This document shows, piece after piece, positions 13,198 to 25,360 of a DNA stretch of 64,000 nucleotides (within the stretch, counting starts at the first letter, position 1; the number at the start of each line of letters is the position of its first letter). The stretch is from Moniliella sp. 'wahieum'. Lineage: Eukaryota. The translations under genes were made by a program, and so were the position numbers. The notes under the pieces are model-generated. The model saw only the letters and a list, made by a program, of their open reading frames with translations, had not been told where the DNA came from and did not search any database. Where the stretch lies: positions 1,054,001 to 1,118,000 of the forward strand of contig RSEE01000002.1 of NCBI GenBank assembly GCA_003971905.1, read 5' to 3'.

Positions 13198-14301
13198 TTA
13201 ATCCGAGCGCGTAAGGTCACCAGGTGGAAGGCGGAAGATGGACGTGGTTCCATCGCACAGACCACAAGCGGCAGTGTAGAAAGCAAGCAGGGCAGTGACG
13301 ATCCCAATTGCGCCTCCTGCCGTTTGGACATGGGAGCTTCCGGAAAATTCGTTGGCCATGAGGAGGATGAAGGTGAGCCAGAGGAAGAAGACGGTGGAAA
13401 AGAGGGCGATTGAGCTGCGCACGCACGCTGCAAGGAAAATGAAGGTGACAATCACCCAGGCGCTGAGGTAGATACCGATTGCATTGGGTAACTCGTCAGC
13501 AGGCACGGCTTGTTGAATCCCGAACCAGGGAATGAAAATGCATGCATATGACCACCAAAAGGAGCCGTCTGGGGAAAAGCACAGTCAGAATCTACACGAC
13601 AAAGGGGGTGGCGATTGGGCTGCTTATTCTCTCTCGAGAGTGTCTGCAAAAGGGGAGAGTAAACGTACACATGCACTGTGGTGGGAGAAGAGGCGGCGAA
13701 AAGAGGAGCGATCGCAGAAATGATACGGTTAGCAAACCCTTTTGTCACCATAGAAAAGACTGAAAAGAGGGTTGTGGTGCACCCATCAGACCATCGTCGA
13801 AACAGAAACGTACAAAGACTGCACCACCGAAAGTGTTGCCCACAGCAAATTCCCATACACCCGCAACAAACTGGGCCATGCCCCCGGTGGCCACACAAAG
13901 TGCGACGACAAGTTCGGGGTGGGAAACGCCCCGAGTGCCAACATTGAACAGCGAAAGAACCCAAGTGGTAGTGGCAAAGCCCAGCAGACCCAACGGCGAG
14001 GGTGAACCGAAGCGACTGCACACACATCCTGGTCAGGCCTATTGGATTTGGCGGGATAAACATGACTCGAGAGACAGATGATGGTAGTGGTCTTTGCAGC
14101 AAAGAATGCTTACCGATGGTATACTGGGAAGGCCGGCTGGGAGGTATCTTCAGCGTGGCCGCCGGCTGTGCGGGCACGCACTAAGGCTGGGAAGCTAGTG
14201 CGCGAGACCTCAGTCGCGCCTTGGCCAGATTCGGTCCCCATGTCAATGGTCGAGTGCTGGGCACCCAAGGTGTTTTTGATTTCGACGTTGCTAGAGCTCA
14301 T
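13198..14301 (-). CDS. ADY2: Gpr1/Fun34/YaaH (Ady2-family) acetate/carboxylate transporter
   Basis: SPSPLGLLGFATTT (NPAPLGL-like), GGMAQFVAGVWEFAVGNTFGG, YGSFWWSY, AGGAIGIVTALLAFY. Introns 14016-14113, 13676-13813 and 13569-13668, with a 7-nt exon between the last two. The symbol is family-level only. Confidence 0.92.
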
Positions 14302-15934
14302 TTGGAAAGATCCCCGAAGATTGGGGGGGGATGTGATGGGTGTGAGGGCGGATAACGAAACAGGCGAGTGCCCCAAATGTACGGGGCGTTTTATAGTCTT
14401 GATGTGCCTGTATGGACGACAGAAACCTCTTCTATACCTACTGGGTCTTGCGTCAAGAAACGCCGCCAGCCATACAGTGATGCGAATGGTTGGGTTAGAA
14501 AACCTTTATTCGCCCATTGTATAGATGGTTCGCACCATCACCGGGGGATAGGCTTTGAGGGTGAGATGTGGCAAATGTGCACTGCTGGGAGAAGAAAACG
14601 CGCGAGAAGGCCAAAGGGGTGTGCGGGATGGGCCCCCGCATTGCTGCCTGTTGGTACCACAAATGTATGCGTTCCAGCACGTACGTGCTGTTGTGGACGC
14701 AACCAAATCGCGCCGACACCAGAAGAGACGTCCGATCTCCGAGCCGAGATGGTCGTGGTGCCACCCGCAACTACACACGTTCAAAATGGCGCTGAATCAA
14801 CGCCAACGACATCGACGTCAACGTCAACGTACTGATGGATACTGAATTGGCATATGGGAGGGGAGCGCTGGTGCGGGGAGAGGGGTGGCTGTGGTGTGGT
14901 GGTGGGTACGCAGACTCCTCTGTGCGGTGGACCCCTCCTCCAACCCAACCTGCGGCTCCCGCACGAGTATATTTGCACGTCACTGTCCCGGCGGCTGCGT
15001 GCATTGCTAGTCAGACGACTAGTGGCTAGTGGCTGCGCCTGCGCCTGCTTCGGTTCTCCCGCCCGCATGCTTCACCCCAACCGGCGTGCAGGTGGGACTG
15101 GTGGCGCAGTTAAGAGACGGTGACCGGTGACGCGGAGCAATACGTAAGCCCGGGCGGATGCTGCGTATCCCCGCGCGGCTCTTGACTGGCAGGTGGAGTG
15201 TGTGCGGGGGCGTGTGGTGCGGCTGGCATCCGATCGCAGTGCGGGGCAGGCGGTAGCCGGCAGCAGCTCGTCGCTAGTCTACTCCCCGCGTGGGATGGGG
15301 CGATGGTGTGGGCAGCAGGTACGATGCTGTGTTGTTGGTCGCGCTGGCCGCCACGCCAACCCACAACGCCCCTACTACCATCCATTCATCCCACTGTTTG
15401 CCCTCACCAGACAGCACCCCCCCGACTACCTACTGCTCGATCGCTCAGCCTCTTCCATTGTCCATGTCGTTGTGCCATCAGCTGAGTGTGCCCCGAAAGG
15501 GCGAGGCGAATGCGGTGCGGGATCCCCATTCGTCGGTCAAGGGATGGGGCGGAACCTGCGCGGTCTCTCTCATGGTCGATGGAAGTACCAGAGAGAGAGA
15601 GAAAGGTTGCGAAGAGAGGTGCCATCTGTCTCGGCGTATGATGCAGCGGCTGTACTGCTTTCAGAGTCACCAGTCATTGTGGCTAGTAACGGCGCGCGTA
15701 TACAAGAGTGTTGTTGGTATAACAAGTGTATGACTTTAGCCACGAAGCGGTCTCCCACAGACTCCTATCCCCCCGCTTTTCCCACCAACCACACGACATC
15801 ACCACTCTACTTGGGTGTTCGGGGACGCACAGGAGGCTAGACGATCCCGGCGAGAATGCAAATGTGCTAGGAGGCACAGCCAGTACCACACTCCCATGTG
15901 GTATGCCACAGCTGAAAAAAGTCCACGTTTGGGA

Positions 15935-18900
15935 TCACAGGTTGGCGGCCGCCTCTGCAAAGGCACGTGCTGCCTGCACGCCGTCCTGGCCCTCTGGCTG
16001 AGGATCACCCGCCTCTCCCCCCTGCACCTCGGCAAGGTTTTGGTCGAGACGGGCAATCTGCGCTTGCACGTTCCGTCGTGCAAAGAAGAGGTAGGTCAAG
16101 GCGCCGACGATGAGAATCACCACCACGCTTTCGACCGTCCCTTGCGGCGCTTCATCCAGCTCCCCGTCCTCCTCAGGCAGGCGGTCGGGTTCGGGGGCGG
16201 CTCAAAACGGGATCGGAAGGTGGAGGGCGGGTGAGGAGAGCTTGTTCTTCCTGCTCCGTGTAAGCAAACTGGTCATTGGGCTGTCCCAGTGAGTACTGGG
16301 ACAAGAGATGCAACGCTGAAGTATCCCCCTCCAGCATAGCCGCCCAAAAGGCGCGCCAATGGAGGCGGACAAGGGAAAGAAAGATAGGGAGATAGGGCTC
16401 TTGTTGGTTGGTTTCCCAGGCCATATCATAGTAGCGCTTGGCCAGGTAAAAGTTCCTCCTCGGCACCCCCAGGCCCATCTCGTACATCCACGCCATGTCC
16501 CAATAGGCCAGGGAGGAAGTATGGTCCAAGGCACTTTGGTAGCAAGCCGCCGCCTTGTTGTACTCCACTGGCGCACCAAGACCACGGAAGTAATAGTCGC
16601 CCATCTTGACCAGCGAATCAATGTTGCCTTGGGCTGCGGAGCGAGACCACTGCAACAACGCCAACCGATCTGTCCGTTCGTCCCCCTGCTTCTTCCCGAG
16701 CAGCCGAGGAAGGAGCGACGTGTCTCGGTCCAGAATCCAGGCGAGATTGTTTTGAGCAGCCTCGTACCCCCATTCTCCCGCCATCGACCATCCTAGCAAA
16801 GCAACCGATCGATCGTTCGCCCGCCATGCCCGTTCGGCAAGAGCATAGGTCGGGTGTTCCCAATCGCCCCTCTCAACAACCATCTTGAACTCTTGCACGG
16901 CCGAGCGGCAATACGCGCCGCCTGCCCGGGCCGCGGCAGCATCCAACTTGCCCATAAAATAGCGTGCTTCAAAGTTGTTGCCATGCAGAATCGCAGTCGC
17001 GAACTTTTCCCTCGCGTCGGCAAACTCACCCATATCATACAAGATCTTGCCTAGTTGAGCGGGAGCGTCCGGGTGGAAGGACCGCACAGCGGCCTTGGTA
17101 AAATGTCGCGCGGCCAAGGAGAAGTTCTTGCTCTCCATACCAAGCCCATCCCGCAACATAATCCCGGTCATTACCACCGAACTGGCATCCCCCCCTTCGA
17201 TCCCACGGCGGAACCAGACCCACGCACGGGCAAAGTCTTGCTTCACTCCCTCGCCGCGGAGGTACATGGCGCCCACGCGGCCGGCTGCCAGCGCAGCTTG
17301 CTTTCCCAGCTCGGGGTTCACGCCTGCCACCTGAGGATCGACCTTCTGGATCGTTTTCTCATCGGGTCGCATCCCTGGTAAGATCACCTTGGCCACAGCG
17401 CCACTATCCCTCGGCCAGACTTGGGTGGTGATCTTGACGAAATACTCAAGCGCGCGTTTGTAGTCTCTTGGGATCATACCGGCTTCATCCCCACCCCAGA
17501 GACTACCATGGTAGTACACCTGAGCTAGGAGTTGGATGAACGAGACTTCTCCATGGTTGGCATGGTACTCGTAAAACTCGAGCAAATCAGCAAGGCCACG
17601 GGCGTTTCCGGCTTCCTGGCCGAGGCCTGGATGGTTGCCCAAGATGGCTCGCATCAGGGGCTTGCCTGCCTCCAACCCCGAACTCGCTACCGATGCACCG
17701 GCCCCATAGACACCTCCGGCAAAGTCGGACAGGCGCACCTTGTTAGGAGGTAGAGAGAGCCCCCCGGGGGACCCGAGATAAACCGCGCATAAGCTCCAGC
17801 GTATGTCAGCCACTCAGAACTACAGAGGGAGGGGGCATACCTTGGTCTGCGGCTTGCTCGTACCAGTGCATGGCGAGGGAACACGAGGGGCTGGTACCAA
17901 TACCAAAAAAGTAGCGGTACGCAAGGGCAATTTGCGCCTCCGAGTTGCCTTGTTGTGCGGCGGTGGCGAAATGCAAGTTGGCCAACGCTTGGGGATGAGG
18001 AATCTCGTCCGACTCCATCCGAGAAATGTTGGAGGGGAGGTAAAGTCCATCAGCACGGACCAACTGGGAGGTAGAAGATGTCCAATGGCTGGCATGGAGG
18101 AAGCCTAGGCGCGCATGGGCCGAGCTGTTGCCGGTCAAGTCGGCAAGGCGAGTGAAACATGTTTGAGCTTTGGATGCGTTGGCTTCCACCCCATGGCTTC
18201 CCCAGAGGAAATGTTCCCCCAAGACCCATAAAGCGTCCGACTTTCGATCAATCGTGTCGCTCACAAGCAGAGGGGGGGAGTGGCCAAGAAGTGTGTCGTT
18301 TCCTAGCCTATCGTTGTAATGCGAGAGGACGTCATCCACAATGGCTTCTGACGACGGCTGGGGGCCTTCCAGCGGGTCCCCCGCAACCCACAGGAGCAGC
18401 TCCTCAGCAGTCGACACTCGCTGTGTCCTGCGTTGGAGTGGACTCCAGGCCTCCGTTTCATCCACTTCGGCCCCGTTGTCCGCCTGAAACAGACGCAACA
18501 CTGTGCGTGCGACATACCCAGCAACGCGGTCTGTATAACTTTTCTCCTCTGATACCTGGTCGTCGCCCAAGAACGGTCCGAGAAACGCATCGTCGGGGTA
18601 GGCCTCCCATGCGGGCCAGAGAGGCAGTGCCTGAGCGCCGGGCCAAGTGAGCTTCTCGTGATCCTGGGATGCAGCGCGGAGCTCCATCAGGTCGGGTCGG
18701 CGCTTCCGTCGCCCCAGTCGGGCTGGTGGTGGGGACCTCCACCACTTTTTCCCCCAGTGGAAAAGTCGGCCTACAGGCCAGTGTCGTAGAGAGTTGAATG
18801 CATCCATGACTGTGCCCGGGACCCCAGCGAAGCTCGTAACTGACCGCTTGCGCTGGAGTGCAACCCATCCTGGACTGTATCGCTAGAGGAGGAGGAAGGG

Positions 18901-19146
18901 CGGGATGGTGAGGTGGAAGCGTCCTCGGCCAGTGTGACACTTCGGAGTAATGCCAGAGCATGGTCGTATGCTTCGTTGGGGGTGTAGTGCTCAAGCTTGG
19001 GTGCGGGATCGAGTGGGGGCTGGGATGGGGTGGAGGCGGAAGAGGCCGCAAAGGGGAAGGAGACCCAGGAGGACAAAGACAAGGAGCGATGGCCGACGAA
19101 ATCGGCGTAATCGTGTTGAGCACGTCCCGGGATGGGAACGACGCAT
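15935..19146 (-). CDS. HRD3: Hrd3/SEL1L ERAD substrate receptor (Sel1-like repeats, C-terminal TM)
   Basis: Multiple SLR repeats (AQIALAYRYFFGIG..CSLAMHWY; GAMYLRGEGVKQDFARAWVWF), plus GYEAAQNNLAWILD, WSRSAAQGNIDSLVKMGDYY and FYLAKRYYD. Hydrophobic N-terminal signal; C-terminal TM VVILIVGALTYLFF. Intron 17794-17840. Frameshifted. Confidence 0.93.
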
Positions 19147-19969
19147 GCCCACAGCCATCGCAGCGCACCGCCGCACAGACGATCAAATGGTGGTGGCGGC
19201 GGCGGCGCTCCTCGCAGCGGCCGTGCGTAGTCCCGCTCGCGTGCACACCGCCACTCGTCTCCACGTCAGCGCAAGCGAGAGCTTGGACCACCCAACCCTA
19301 GCAGACCCTCATTTAAATTGCTGCCGCGGATCTGAGCAGAACTTAATTGAACAGCAATTTTAAGGACACAAAAGATGCGCTTCGCCGCTACCAGGTGGGC
19401 CCAGCCGGCGTTTACGAAAGACAAAAGTTCGCGCTTACCCTTTCGCGCCTTCCCTGCTAGAAAGAGTCAATAGGTCGAAGCGGCGATGTGTAAAAATGCG
19501 CCAATTCTCGCATGGCGATAGTTTGGGAGACCCTACTGACGACTGAAAATGTACTGTGGTGTACGTCTGTGCGGTCGTGTGTGCATGCTCTTCAGAGTTC
19601 TATTACTATACTCTCTCACACAGTGGTAGTCTCAACTAACATCAATCACAATAATTGGATGCGGACACGGCTTTTGTTCACACAAACGGCATTCTCTCCC
19701 ATTCCTACACACACACACTACCTCACCCAAAACATCGCCGTATATGCCAGAAAACCGACAGCTCCGCGTCTCTCCGAAGTATCTTCTGTTGGTCCGTCCT
19801 CTTCTCCGCACAATTATACATGCAGGAAAGTTTTAAAAGGCAAACCATATGCGTATCTGATCTGATACCCTGGCGGAGGCTATGCAAGCCGAAGCACTCT
19901 CCACAAGGGTTTTCGGCCCTGACAGCTTCACCAAGGTATATATTCCCTGCCACCGCGGTTGTGCGAAAA

Positions 19970-19978
19970 TATATAAAA
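19970..19978 (+). promoter_or_regulatory. TATA box upstream of metallothionein-like gene 1
   Basis: TATATAAAA followed by a CT-rich leader and the ATG at 20123. Confidence 0.65.
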
Positions 19979-20122
19979 AGGCGACGGCTCTGACCCACAC
20001 ACAGAAATACACCCACCCACCCACCCTTCAATCCCTCGTATTCTTCTCTCATTCCAGCTTTCCAGCCTTTCATAATCCATCCAGGCCATTTCGCAATCAT
20101 CTCTATCATCTTCTCCCTAAAC

Positions 20123-20322
20123 ATGTCTGTAAGTAACCCCACTCGTCGCCCTCACATTTTCTGTTCTAGGGAGGCAGAGCTTTGCTGACCGAATCCTGGT
20201 AAGGACAGTGCCCGTGCGGAGCCAACGTTTCCAGTACTACCTGCCCCTGCACCCAGGGGTCGAGCAGCAGCGAGTCCAGCTCGTGCGGTTCGAGCTGCGC
20301 CTGCGATGGATGCAAGCACTAG
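20123..20322 (+). CDS. Metallothionein-like peptide 1 (39 aa, 8 Cys); exons 20123-20128 and 20209-20322
   Basis: ATG TCT | intron GTAAGT..GCTGAC..CAG (20129-20208) | gives MSCPCGANVSSTTCPCTQGSSSSESSSCGSSCACDGCKH*. It has three CxC motifs and no aromatic residues. Confidence 0.85.
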
Positions 20323-21076
20323 TAAAAACCTCCAATCTCCACTTCGGCCCGGGCTCTTTTCTTGAAATGTGGTCCTGCATGCCCTGACGCCCCTATATAG
20401 GCGAAACCCTTTTTCATCGCATAGGTGTATGGGCACCCCCCCCCCCCCCTCTCATCTTTCTCAAGTTGAAGCTCCATCCCTCTATTTTCACTCTGGTGGG
20501 ATCACGTTATTGATCCATGTCAATGAAAGAGATGTGGGTTATTGTGAGGTGAGGATGGCGAGAGTTCAACAGAGGGACATTCTATCATAGATCGCACTCC
20601 CTCTGCATCAAATTTAAACGCCAGCAGGAGACGGAAATTGGAGAGAATCCGCTACCCATGACCAGTGGACGAGTCTTGCGTTGCTTGTCCTTTCTTCAGA
20701 GGCTTGAACGGCCTGACCAACTCCCTCTCAGTACATGTGGAACCTCTCTCTGCACCCAGAGGCGAAGTGATTGAAAGATTGGCCGTGCATGACAGTCATG
20801 TGACATGTGACATGTGGCATGTGACTCGTTGACAGCTGTACGTACGTTCTGAACAAATGAATTCAAGGATCCGGTGCCCGAGAGGAGCACGAGGGCAGTC
20901 AAAGCGCGCTTAAAGCGGCGGCCCACCCAGCCACCAACGCACTGCTGGCTCTGCTAATCGAGCTAATCTCGGTTAGCACGGCGCCCGCCGGCTCATAAGC
21001 GTTCTTCTCGTCACTTGTCCCGCCCTCCCAACCCACCTGGCTGACAACCACCCACCACCAGTCCCCATTCCTACTC

Positions 21077-21517
21077 ATGCCCGTATGTCCCTCTCCGCTC
21101 CCTCATGGGAAAGCAAGGATACTTGACGTGCTGACGCTGTACCAAGTGTCGCTGCGCCCCTCAACCGACGGCCAAGTGCTGCTCCAAGCCAAGTGAGCCC
21201 AGTACCCCTAGCTGCTGTGCCCCGAAGGCCAACCCTTGGTATCCCCCGCTGTGCCAGTGGATATGGCCTCGACGCCAGTCAGCGAACCTTCCCAGATGGC
21301 CAATTTGGGCTCATGTGGGTGCGACGAAGAGTGCAATTGTGGCTCGTCGTGCAAGTGCCCATGGCAAGCTTTAACGTGCGCCCCACGAGCCCCACGAGCC
21401 TCGCACCTGCTGTACTCTATCTTGGGTTCTCTGCCCATCGATTCCTCCGCTTCACGTAGGATTGACTACTATTGCAGCCTGCATAGAGAAAAACTGGTAT
21501 TGACGTTGGATGGCTGA
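21077..21517 (+). CDS. Metallothionein-like protein 2; exon 1 at 21077-21082, exon 2 from 21147; 3' end uncertain
   Basis: ATG CCC | intron GTATGT..GCTGAC..AAG (21083-21146) | CRCAPQPTAKCCSKPSEPSTPSCCAPKA. After a 1-bp shift near 21235 it continues ...GSCGCDEECNCGSSCKCP. Confidence 0.7.
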
Positions 21518-22221
21518 AGGATCCAGAGAGTAAAGCCCTGAAGGCCAGACAATCCAAGGCTATCGGTTCGTCATGACTGGACCACTGACCTCTGATGTGT
21601 CTACCCTTCCCAGGATACTGGCTTCTTTTCTCAAGGCCCACTCTTTTACGTTCTCTAACACGCTTTGCCAGCCCCAATTAGGTTGTCCAGGTCCTCGAAA
21701 ATGACCCTCATTTGGCGTAGGAGTGATTCCATCATGCCTTGTCCGCTTGCGGCCCAGTGATTTCCTTCACCAAACAGATACGTTTCTGTCTCAAGGAGAC
21801 ACTCTCGGCATCATAGAGTGGAGCGAATGGGCCAAGATGCAAGCCCTGCTGTTTTGTCTGCTGAGGCAGTGCATTGGCTTGCATAGCTTCGAAATGGCAG
21901 AGCTCATGCATGTACAGGCTACTGGAACACGGGTGTCGCTGCGTAAGGCCCACTCTCATTGTCCTCTTCCTTGCTCATTGCACCTATTGGCCCCCCTCTT
22001 GTGGATAAGGGTCCCCATCTCTCAGCGGATGCCTTCCTGTACTACAACCGCTTTGGCATTCAGATCTATGCGAGCGTTTGTCTTGCCCGACTATACTTCC
22101 CCTTCGGTCTGCCAGAACCGAAGGGATCACTCTTTGCCCAGACCCGACTGACTCGAGCCGTAATGTTGATCCTTCCCTCAGTGGATCGTGCACGCAAAGG
22201 AATGTCATTCCAGTGGCTTAG

Positions 22222-23470
22222 TCAAAGGTCGACTACAGAAAACTTGCGTTCCAACAGCTCTGTATCGATCAAGTGCATGGCCTTGATAAAGCTGTCTTCG
22301 TCCAACTCTTGGCTGGCAGATACGTACGCCAGCACCGCCTGAAGGAAGGGGGGCTCCAACTTGGAGTAAGCAAACACCTTTTCTGCCTCGCTCTTGGGCA
22401 CAGATGCCCCACTGCCCCGTACGGACAGGAAAACCGTTTTGTACCGCCCACGGGCCGATGGGTCGATGGGTACCCCGGCTAGGGAACGCACCTTCTCCTC
22501 CGTATCCGCCTCCTGCGGAACGCTGATCCCTTCTCCGGGCCGCACCCATCTCGGAGCAGACGGAACGGAGATCGAAAAGTCCCACTCGACCGAGTCGAGC
22601 AAGGCCGAGCCCGAGGTCACAGATTTCGAGGTAAATTGCGGTTTCGCCTCGGTACTGCGGCGAAGTGGGACGGGGGTCGTGCTGCGCATGACAGGGTGAG
22701 AATGGTCCCTCGGAGGAAGCCGAGGTGCCTGGGCAGGTACCGGCTCAGCCGGCCGGCGCGGAACGGGGGGACCAATTGCTGGTGCACTGGGCTCGTCTGG
22801 AGCGGCCGCGGAGGAAGTATGGGTGTCGAGCTGGCGCTCGCACTCGACGCCGCGCTCGGACGAGGCGGAGGGGGCGGAGGCGCTGGCTCTCCCGATGGAT
22901 CAGTGGAAGCAGCTCCCGATACAGGTGCAAGCAAAGGCGAAGACGAGGGCATAGGTGAGGGAAGTGACGAAGGCACCGGCTTGGACGCCCGATCGGGCAT
23001 GGGAGGCGGAGGCGTCTTGCCTCTGGTGGGACCAGAGACCAATGCTGGGGAAGATGGGGGGGCGAGCGAGTCAGTTGAGGGTCGGGGCGGGTCCAATGAT
23101 GGCCTGGCGGGCGCGGGAGGGGGTTGATCGTCCTCAGGGGGCTTTGGCGAAGGGGTTGCCGATGGCTTGGGTGTTGCAGGCGTGGCAGGGGCCAAGGCGA
23201 CCGTTGGCGCAGGCTTGGGTGTGGTCACAAGCTTGGGTGTAGTCACAGGTTTGGGTGTGGCAGGAGGTGTGGGGCAGGATTGGGGTGTGGTGGCAGGCTT
23301 GGGTGGTGGTGGCAGGCTTGGGTGTGGTGGCAGGCTTGGGTGTGGTGGCAGGCTTGGGTGTGTGACGGAGGGCTTGGGCGCAGCTGGGGCGGGAGGTGTT
23401 GGAGAAGGGCCGCCCTCAAAGGCCTTAATGCGGTCACGGATGCTTTTGGTGCTTCCTCTGCCTCTGCCAT
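22222..23470 (-). CDS. Proline-rich protein with a C-terminal EH-like domain (Irs4/Tax4-like architecture)
   Basis: N-terminal SIRDRIKAFE, a long PxxP-rich region, then RYKTVF..VPKSEAEKVFAYSKLEPPFLQAVL..LDEDSFIKAMHLID, which resembles an EH domain. A further 3' exon is possible. Confidence 0.65.
23206..23362. repeat. 18-bp coding tandem repeat (GGCTTGGGTGTGGTGGCA-like)
   Basis: About 8 degenerate copies encoding PKPATT/PKPVTT-type units. Confidence 0.8.
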
Positions 23471-24044
23471 AGCGCACGTACGTGGAGATGGTGGTGGGGC
23501 ACAGCAGGACCGCAATGGCAGCAGGCACGAGCGCAGTTCAGTCGCCCGGTCGACCGGTGATGTCACTGGTCCCTGGGGCCGGTCTGCCGGTGCCTGGGTG
23601 CCTCAGCCACCCAGCCCTAGGGTTATCCTGGTTGTCATTATCCACCTGAGGGGCCTGACCAAAGGTAAGTACTTAACTTGACCCAGCGCCAACGTACAAT
23701 CCATCTCTAAGCCACCGCGACCCCCTCCTTCGCTCGCCGATAGGTCCGAACCCTTCCCCCCGTTCCATATTCCTGACGCCGCGTGCAGATCCTGCCTTCA
23801 GCCCCACCACAGCTGATGTGCTTTTGATAAAGTGCATGTAAATTGTGCACGCGCTATCAGTTCCCCCCTTCGCCTTGTCCCTCCTCCCATTTAAGAGAGT
23901 CTATTCGTGTGATGGCATAGGCGATGTCGTTGTGGTCGACCTACAGCTATATTCATCAGACGAGTTGAATGAATCATGAAAATGATGATGGTGGTGGCAG
24001 GGCGTAAGGAGACAACAGTGAAGCACAGCCAGGCAAGGTCTCGA

Positions 24045-25360
24045 TCATGCGACAAAGTAGGCCAAACATCCCACCACTACAAGAAGTGGAATGAACCAGG
24101 TGAAACATCCAGGAACTCTTTTGTGGAGAAGCTGGACCGGCACCTCCACCGTCGCGTTAGGCGTTTGCATTTTGTACGCCCCAACACAAAGTCGCCGTGA
24201 TCGTAGAAGCGACTCATCATGCGATCCTTGACCGCCCACCGCTTACGCAACCAGGCATCAAACTCGGCCTTCTCTTCCGGTGTCGCCTCAAACTCATCCT
24301 CCCCGCTCTTGGTGGCCGTAGGGGGAAGCTTGCCCAGTGGAGGCGGGTCGCCACCAGACGAAACGTCGTACCCTCCGGTACTGCTGGGAGTGACGGGTAA
24401 CGATACAGTTGATATGGATCGCGGGCGGGGCGATAGCCAAGACAAAGACACTGCGCAGAGTGTAGTAATCTTGTCCATATCCCGCTCGGGGAACACCGGG
24501 GTAGCCAATTGTGTAATCCTAACCGGGTTAATGCAATCCTAGTCGCCATAGGAGATAGGGAGACGTACCACCAACCACAGGTCCTCCACCTCCGCCGCCA
24601 ACGTTCGCAGACAAAGAAAAGCCCTGTGCTACGCGGGGAAGTAGGAGGTTTTTTGGATCCTCCAAGCCGAGCTTGGCAGCAAACTTGGCCGAGACCGGGC
24701 GTGTGTCGCGTGAGACCAGTGTGCCTTCTGGAAAAATCAGGAGCAAAAGTTTTCCAAGTGATTCATCCTCTTTTTTATCTTGTGGGCGTAGAGAGTCGGC
24801 CATGTGGGCCAGACTTTTGCCAGAGGGGAGCGGTCGGCGAGCCAATTGCGCTGGAGAAAGATGAAGCGGAAGAACTGCATCCCCCACCCAAGGACGGGAA
24901 CCCATTTAAGCGACGCTTTGAGGATGATGTACAAGTAGGAGGACAGACCGGCGTAATAAGATACACACCAAAGGTAGAGCCAATCAAGGTAGATTTGGTG
25001 GTTCGACATTGCCACGCTTCGAGGCGGAAGGTTGAGGCCAGTGACCTTGTCCCCCTGCTTGCGGAGAAACGGGGAGGGATCGACGGGGTTGCCATTGGCG
25101 TCGGTGAAGCTGAGCACAAGGCGGCTGGGAGCAAAAAGCTGACTGAGAGACACCAGAAGCAAGCCAAAAGAGTGCTTAGTGTACCGAATGATACGCGAGT
25201 ACGCGCCCGGCAGGACGATGCTCAAGGGCCAGACGAGGAACTGGAGGCCATTGATCATGAAGCACGAGAGATGGAACCAGACCAGCACGGTCAGCGTCTT
25301 TGCCAGCCGGATGGGCGGAGCGGGTCGCTCACTGAGCGGCACCGAGTACAGATCTGCCAT
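24045..25360 (-). CDS. Lysophospholipid acyltransferase (PlsC/LCLAT1/Cst26-like)
   Basis: Catalytic NHQIYLDWLYLW (NHx4D), ILKASLKWVPVLGWGMQ, FIFLQRNW, LIFPEGT, NLLLPR, and C-terminal FDAWLRKRWAVKD. Frameshifted. Confidence 0.9.
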
